A stretch of DNA of 15,000 nt from Takakia lepidozioides (lineage: Eukaryota; Plantae; Bryophyta): positions 1 to 15,000 of the forward strand of contig JAKLZA010000162.1 in the NCBI GenBank assembly GCA_030704615.1, read 5' to 3'. A program made the translations under genes and the position numbers. Every line of letters begins with the position of its first letter. The stretch's first letter is position 1. Of the stretch, positions 8,673 to 15,000 are shown piece by piece. The notes below the pieces were generated by a model. The model was not told where the DNA came from. It worked only from the letters and a program-made list of their open reading frames with translations, and did no database searches.

Positions 8673-11600
8673 ATGGGAGCTGGGGAGGGATCGCAGGGGG
8701 GCGAGGCAACACAGTCAACTTTGGATACTCCTGCCCGGGTGCTGCGCTCACAAGGTGGAAGTGCATCGAGGCAGACGAGTCCTCATTCAACACCTCAGAT
8801 ATCGCCTCCGAAAAGCCCACCTAGAGTTCGGAAGCCGAGAAAGCAGAAGGAGCCCATGGCTTCGCCAGTAAAACCCCTAGGGAGACTGGAAGCGGAGGTA
8901 TTGGGTTTGCAGTCAATTTCAGAAAACACAGATGCGGTGGAGGCCGCTGGAGATGTGGGAGTCGGATCTGCAGAAGGGCGGCCCATTCAACTGACAGAAG
9001 GAGAGGACGATAACGTGGTACGACTTGGCGACGATCAGAACCTGCTGGATCTTGCGGAGGAGCAAAACCTCCAGGATAGTACACAGGCTGGTGAGAGGGG
9101 TGAGGGAAGTGACAGAGGTGATACAAGTAAGAAACTGGTGGCGGGTATGCTCATGAGCGCACGAGACATGAACATAGCAGCAAACAGGTTGCTGGCAGAG
9201 ACTCATAGCAACATAGGCCGCGTTTTGGGCTCCATGGTGTATCCCGAGAACCTTAAAGTTCCTTTGTGTCGCATGGTAAGCCTTCCAGTTGTAAGGCAAG
9301 CACTGCCAGGGGATATCGATCGACTGAAGCACAACTTCAGAGAAGGGTACAGACGGGGGTCGGCAGCATTCTACGTTTCCATTGAGAATGACCAGGGTGT
9401 CACAAGGGGCCCCACTGCAGAGGAGCTTCAGAATTGGGGCCCCACTGGCACACTGTTAATGCCGAGTTTGAAGCCTATTTGAAGACTAATCCCACATTCG
9501 CACACATGGAAGGGAAGATGTTCTTCGTTTGGGACGGGAACCACAGGATGCTTGCCTGGACAGAGTACATTGCTGAAATGCATCCGCAAGATATCAGTTG
9601 GCATTACATGGTGGACTGCATTGTCGTGAAGGTGGACGTCAGGGACAGAGGACTGTTGAAGGGTGCCATGGCGGATATAAATCTGTAAGTATACAATTAC
9701 ATCCTTGTGTACTGCTGCCTATTGCGGCGCCGAAATAGGCAATGTTCACCACTGTCATGCACTCTATGAATTGGAAATTGGATTGCTGTGCCGAAATCAT
9801 ATTTTCATGTTGTTTTTTTTTCTCCATGGCAGGGTAACAGAGAGGGCCTTCGTGGAAACTCATCTGGCACATACGCTCTACAGAGTGCAAGAAGTGGGGA
9901 CAGCTCCGCTGACGGACTTCCAAAAGTCCCTCGATCCCGAGCTGTACAGGAAGTCCCTAGCGAAAGCAGATCGCACCTGGTACCGACCAACACTGGACGC
10001 CATGGTGGAGATCCTCTATTCGGTGAGGTTCATCTCAAATTTCAGTATCAATTTAATGTTATTTGTTGCAAGGATCCGTGGCCTGACTGTATCTGCTGGG
10101 TATGGGAATGCAGACGAACATCAGGGATGACTTGGCCTATGCCAAAAGGCAGTTCTTTGAGAATGATGCCCCCAACAAGGCGGACGCGTCGATAGAGAGT
10201 CATATTGTGCAGGCAGGGAAGCAATCCCGGACCAAGTACAGGTCCAAACTTGTTAAGCAAGTTGCAATCGCTGACCCTGGTCTTGGTGCCGAGTTCCTGG
10301 CGGAGATAGGACTGCATTACTCCAGACCCATGAAACCGGAAATGTCCATGGAGAAACTTCATCACATCGCAGTGTCCTGTGTTGAGCCGGCGGAGAAGGT
10401 AAGCATGTGTTTATTCTTGTTTTGTGACTTCTCGCGATTCTTCTTATGTTGGAGCTCTTGTCTGACCGATGTGAGGTGGCTGCAGACGAGGTGGCTGCGA
10501 ATCTGGAACGGCCATACAAACACGAAGCTGCTGTACCACTTTCCCATCGAGCCAACAGACGACAAAATGAACGACTGGCTCAATGTCATGACTTGGTGGC
10601 ATCAGGTATAATTTTCTCCTATTCTGTGTTGGACATCGTCGCAATTTCAAAATCATGAATGTTTTGGAAACCTGCCATGATGCAGGTACTGACCCACGCC
10701 CAGGAGCAATTGGACTGCAACACCACCACTTTCAAGTTACAGATCGACTGGACGAAGCCTGAGACAATGGAGAACTACGTGCAGTCGTGGCGAGGGCGCT
10801 TCGCAAACCTCTTTTTCAGAGAAATTGCAAAGGCAAGACGCAGCGTATACATCGAAGAGCAGGAGGGTGCCGACAAAGCGGCAATGCGTGTCCTGTTCAG
10901 GTAATCTGCTGACAATGCATCCCCCTATTTGCAGTTTAGATGATTTGGTTAAGCAGCGATGGATATTGCGGCGCCGAAATATACCTCTGCAAGATGTGAG
11001 TTCTGGGTAATTGGGGCACGGTCCACTCCGTATTTCGGTGCCGAAATACCTTGTGCATTGACAACTTCCACTTGCATGATGCATCGGTAGAATGATTTTT
11101 GTTGAACTGCCTCGTGATTGCAGGTACATAAACTTTGCACTCATTCCGTCCGGAGCCATTCAAAGGGTTCCACCATTCTTCCTGGCGTGGAGGACACCTG
11201 GAGGTCGTGGAACGATGTACACAGAAGTAATGGCGAAGGAGTGGCATGCCGAGCATTTGGTAAACTGCCCCTGGTATGTGGATCTCCCAAGTGGGACCGT
11301 TGACCTCTCGGAGGTTAACTTGAAGAAGGAAGCGAATGCCAGGGCTATGAAGGCGCAATCGGATCCCCAACCAGAGGACGCGGAAAGACTGAAAGCAGAG
11401 GAGGCAGCCAAGCAGAAAGCACTGAGAAAGTCAGCCAAGGCGGCAGCGTTGGCGAAGGAGCAGATGGAGAAGCAGGCAGCTGAGCAGCCCAAGGACAGGA
11501 AGAAAAGAACGCGCAAACAGGGGCAAGAGACGAAGACCCCCACACCCAAGAAGAAGAAGCAGCAAAACAGTCAGCCAGATGAGGAGGATTCGGACGACGA

Positions 11601-13584
11601 TTTCCAGCAGGAAAACCCCAGGGGGCCACACCTCGTCCGAAAATTCACAAGGGCCAGCGCTCCGGGGGGTCGGCTGCAAGAGATCACTATACGAGGATGC
11701 ACCTGGCAGACCCTACCGTGCGGTGCAGATTGCGGGCAGGGAAGTCCTCAAAACACCCACAATTGTGGAGTGTGTTAATGAAAATTTCCTAACTGCTCTG
11801 ACCAGAAGGCTGGAGATAACGAGTTTGAGGAAGGCGATCGAGGCCCACCAGGGGAAGGGGAAGAGGAAGGCCACTGGCAATGATATGGAGGACACTCCTG
11901 GCTACACAAAGATGATGGAGTATTTTGTGGCGATGAGCCACGGCAAAAAGAGCACAGTCGGGGCAGGGCGGTGAAAGCCTCCATCGACATGATCCTTGTG
12001 GATATCCCGGATGGGCAGGAGATACTGGGGCTGGGCTCAGTTCCCTGGTGGAACAAGTACGACGAACGATACTGGAGCCACACATTCGGGTTCGCAGCCA
12101 ACATGTTGGACGACGTTGGCTGTGTTGTTGTGCTAGCAGCCGATGGAGAAGTCACTGAGAATGATATCAAAGTATGGACGGGGAGAAGTGCAGCACCCAT
12201 CCTGAAAAAGATCTGGACTTGCATCAACACGCAGGGTCTTCTCAACGATGGCCAGAAGGTATGCTGTGGTTCTCCTCTGCTATGTCAATTTCTTGGCCAA
12301 AATTGCCCCTGTACATGTAGGCCACCTCTGACGTTTTCATTTCCTTCTCTGCAGACTCTTATCTTTCAGGCATTTTGCTTCGTGAAGGAACATTCGAAAT
12401 TCAAATTACGTGAAGCAGGAAGACTTGTTGATTCCACAGTTGATCCACTGGAGTATAACGTCCTGTTCAACCATGTGGGAGAGAAGGACATTCTTTGTGA
12501 TTTGTCGGGCAAGCCATGGAGGTATGGCAGGACCAGGAGTCCTGCATTCATCCAGACGCTCATGGAAACGTGTACGGATGTTGAAGGCAGGGTCCTTGAC
12601 GTCACTGCAAATACAGGTGAGAACGTTAATTGAATGCGGCACTGAAATTGACACCATTTCCGTTTCTGTATGTTTGCTTGTGCGAGGAAGCGACTCATTC
12701 TTGAGTTTGGCTGTGGTTGTCGTATGAATTCGCAGGTGCCTGTATGTGGGCGGGAAGGATGTCGAACCGATTTGTGTTCTCATTTGAGGGGGATACGGCC
12801 TTGTACGATTACAATTTGGCGGGCCTTCAGCGTCTGCCTCCGACTGAGGATCCCAAAAACGCAGAAGAGGAGACGTGGAAGGAGAGGAGGAAGATGAAGA
12901 GGAGGAAGTCCGGGAAATTCGTTCGATGCAGGGGCGCCCGAAGCCGCTTCCCCCAATGCCTGTCTTCGAGTGAGTTGCACCATAGTAAGTGTATTGGTTT
13001 CGGTTGTAGGGACCATGCAACCTGCCGATGATTCCCTGTTTGAATTCTCTAATGTACTTCATTCTATGTTTGTGCGTACACTCAGCCTTGCAGAGTCGTC
13101 CGACGAGGAGAAGCTGGGAGACTTGCTCAATCGGACCCTGTTGCAGAGGAGGACAGAATCGCATCGGCCATTCTTTGCCAGAAAATCGTTTCTCGCGAGT
13201 CCCCAGAAGCCCTTTTTTCTACCAGCCTATGCAGACACGGCTGCCAAAGAAGCCATCAGGAGGGAGGATAGGCCTACTCGGTTAGAGCAATTGACATACG
13301 GGAATGAGCAGAGAATTATAATGAGGCGTGAGGCCAAACATAGAATTGTGAAAGGCAGAGTAGGGAAGTTCGTAATAGAATCCGCGTCCGAGAGCGAGGG
13401 GAATGTCGAGGAGACTTCCGCACCCAGGTGGACAGTTCCGGCTGGTGAGGATGGTATTTTTGAGGGGAGGGCTTCTCAGAGTAACAGCGGTAGCGGCAGT
13501 GCAGGTTCGGAGGCAGGTGGAAGGCAGCCATCCTTGCATGAGGGCGGGGATGCATCGGACAGTGATAGCGGATCCTCACCATAG
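8673..13584 (+). CDS. 9-exon gene, about 1317 aa after frameshift repair: ParB/Srx-like domain, helical middle region, charged linker, beta-class N4C/N6A DNA methyltransferase-like domain (frameshifted in this sequence)
   Basis: Exons 8673-9684, 9833-10022, 10114-10398, 10486-10605, 10686-10900, 11124-12258, 12355-12616, 12736-12969, 13086-13584, all with phase-compatible GT-AG introns. Needs four 1-bp corrections (about 9440, 11666, 11965, 12857). A possible extra in-frame 5' exon 8414-8569 could splice to 8646. Confidence 0.75.
9255..9684 (+). other. ParB/Srx-like N-terminal domain coding region
   Basis: KVPLCRMVSLPVVR...DIDRLKHNFREGY resembles ParB IPxxxI...PR...LxxSIxxxG. FFVWDGNHRMLAW (motif at 9527-9547) fits the DGxHR signature. 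Confidence 0.7.
11983..12810 (+). other. Beta-class amino-methyltransferase-like (N6_N4_Mtase) domain coding region, split by two introns
   Basis: Motif IV-like IDMILVDIPDG (compare IDLIxTDPPY) precedes motif X-I-II-like RSPAFIQTLMETCTDVEGRVLDVTANTG|ACMWAGRMSNRFVFSFEGD (compare KPxxLxxxLIxxxSxxGDxVLDPFxGSGTTxxAAxxxGRxFIGIExD). This is the beta-class order. Confidence 0.72.
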
Positions 13585-13828
13585 CAAAGTCTCATTTGGA
13601 TCCTTTTGTTGTACAGTTCTGAAACACTTAATGAATATATTGACGATTTGAAAAATCATTGTGTTCAGACTGCTTGTCCATTCCCTACATTTCTTCCGCC
13701 ACCAAAATCTATAATAAAAGCAGAAGAGACGCAAACTTCAGTGAAGAACCCTACAAGTAATTTATGCACACCATCGACCCGGGAACTTGAAGCCATGAAA
13801 ACCCTGCCGTTTCTAACATTCCTATTGG

Positions 13829-14110
13829 GAAATTTGGCGCCGAAATAGCCCAGTTTGCGCCTTCGTTATATGGGCCTCAAAAATTCCACGGATGAATTAC
13901 TGCACCAAAATATTGCGATGGAAGCCTTCAGCACAAGGCACTTCACCACATTCCACTTGGGTATTTCGGCGCCGAAATTGCCCGTTCTGCGCCATTAAAT
14001 ACCGCACTATATCACATTTTAAGAGGTAATTTCGGTGCCGAAATACCCCGGTGGATGTCTTCAAAACACCATTTTAGCACACTGCTCTTGGGAATAACGG
14101 CGCCGAAATT
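13829..14110. repeat. Right subterminal array of five palindrome copies, 65-67 bp apart
   Basis: Centres near 13838, 13903 (degenerate), 13970, 14036, 14101. Confidence 0.88.
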
Positions 14111-14210
14111 CCTCATTCCGCATCCTGGACCAGGAGAAACAGACCCTATTACCGAGGTAAGAGGACATAACACCGTCAATAAAGGCAGGAAAATTCCAAT
14201 TCCGCGGATG

Positions 14211-14274
14211 TCCGCTCATGAGCTCATAGGCTCATAGGCTCATGGGCTCATGCGCTCATGAAATAGTAAACCTC
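14211..14274 (-). repeat. Right terminal inverted repeat with six GCTCATNN octamers
   Basis: GCTCAT at 14214, 14222, 14230, 14238, 14246, 14254, then GAAATAGTAAACCTC; inverted match to 582-634. Confidence 0.85.
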
Positions 14275-14282
14275 ATCTTAGA

Positions 14283-14927
14283 TTGCAGGTGCAGAACATT
14301 GCCACAACTACTATAGACAATGTCTATATTAGGATAGTGGAGTTACATGATGATGTGGAAGGCCTGCAAACTCAAGTAAATGACCTGAGTTCCAATATTG
14401 ACAAAAGAGTCTTTGTTCCTGAGGATCAGCTGGTGGCTACTTATTTGCATGCCAGGACTCTGATTTTCCAGTCTTCATCACATGAGGTGCAAGAGTTGTC
14501 AGCAGTAGGAGGGACAGCGGCGGCAATATCACAACCTCTACAGCAGGTGGCTGTGCAAGTGGCTGACGCTGTTGATACCATGGCGCCGCCACAGTCTGAG
14601 GTTTGGGGGGATGCTGCTTTCAACCCACCTAGGACTCCTACTGCGCGGGAGTACAATCGGGCTATGATTATGCCCTTCAACCAAATTCCCATTGTGATGG
14701 ATTTGGCTTGGAAGGAATTTAGTCCTCCACAATCTTTGGCACATTATTACCAGATCATGCGCATTTGGTTGCCAATGGCAACTCGGACTAAGGTTCTTCC
14801 GAACAATCGACCCATTGAGGATCATCATTTTGCAAGGTACTGGTCTGAGGCAAGCACCATGCTGAAGGAATTAATTGCCTTCCAGGTTGTTCATGGGTAC
14901 ATACACCAAGACCAAGGAGGTATCTAG
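14283..14927 (+). CDS. Flanking ORF or exon of unknown function, outside the transposon; its 5' part is missing
   Basis: 214 open codons starting without an ATG. Possible acceptor TTGCAG at 14283-14288. Coiled-coil-like segment IVELHDDVEGLQTQVNDLSSNIDKR. Family not recognised; it may belong to another TE. Confidence 0.4.
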   Translation: MQVQNIATTTIDNVYIRIVELHDDVEGLQTQVNDLSSNIDKRVFVPEDQLVATYLHARTLIFQSSSHEVQELSAVGGTAAAISQPLQQVAVQVADAVDTMAPPQSEVWGDAAFNPPRTPTAREYNRAMIMPFNQIPIVMDLAWKEFSPPQSLAHYYQIMRIWLPMATRTKVLPNNRPIEDHHFARYWSEASTMLKELIAFQVVHGYIHQDQGGI

Positions 14928-15000
14928 TATTGTCATGGGCTGTGGATTGTACTATGCTGCTTGTTTCATGGCACGTTATCACATTGAGCAGCAGAAGATG

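Larger units (their letters stand above)
582..14274. mobile_element. About 13.7-kb autonomous-type Mutator-like (MULE) DNA transposon with three genes
   Basis: Imperfect TIRs at both ends, an internal MULE-type DDE transposase, and one palindromic motif shared by both subterminal regions, the centre and introns. No target-site duplication found. Confidence 0.85.

Noticed and set aside
11664-11968. Programmed ribosomal frameshifting in the cargo gene
   Set aside because: The shifts go in both directions at simple homopolymers; indels or sequencing errors are the simpler explanation.
12406-13164. 252-aa minus-strand ORF
   Set aside because: It is antisense to spliced MTase exons; its poly-Ser tract mirrors the plus-strand Glu-rich segment.
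582-14274. CACTA, hAT, Helitron or KDZ classification
   Set aside because: No CACTA termini, Rep/helicase or hAT dimerisation motif seen. D-D-CxxH-E plus SWIM and G-rich TIR ends fit MULE.
14582-14587. GGCGCC outside the element as another motif copy
   Set aside because: It lacks the TTTC/GAAA arms and is a chance hexamer in coding sequence.
14283-14927. Right-flank ORF as the continuation of the interrupted gag
   Set aside because: The join is out of frame, there is no TSD, no Gag motif is visible and CpG content differs strongly.

Overview
Eukaryotic, plant-like DNA; a non-seed plant host is a low-confidence guess. Nearly all of the window (about 582-14274, 13.7 kb) is one large Mutator-like (MULE) DNA transposon with imperfect terminal inverted repeats (TIRs). 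Its left end interrupts the gag ORF of an LTR retrotransposon (LTR end plus tRNA-iMet primer-binding site at 266-277). The element carries three genes. (1) A 2-exon minus-strand transposase with a GCM-like Zn domain, a DDE core and a C-terminal SWIM finger. (2) A small orphan ORF convergent with the transposase. (3) A divergently transcribed 9-exon gene of about 1300 aa that fuses a ParB/Srx-like domain (DGNHR) to a beta-class N4C/N6A DNA methyltransferase-like domain; it has four 1-bp homopolymer frameshifts. The non-coding DNA of the element, including three introns of the ParB-MTase gene, holds about 40 copies of a CpG-rich palindrome (AATTTCGGCGCCGAAATT), mostly 61-67 bp apart and in helical phase in the central array. 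A second motif (GCTCATG) is arrayed at the termini. Together these suggest a transposon-encoded self-recognition or epigenetic marking/anti-silencing system. All domain calls come from motif recognition by eye; no searches were run.
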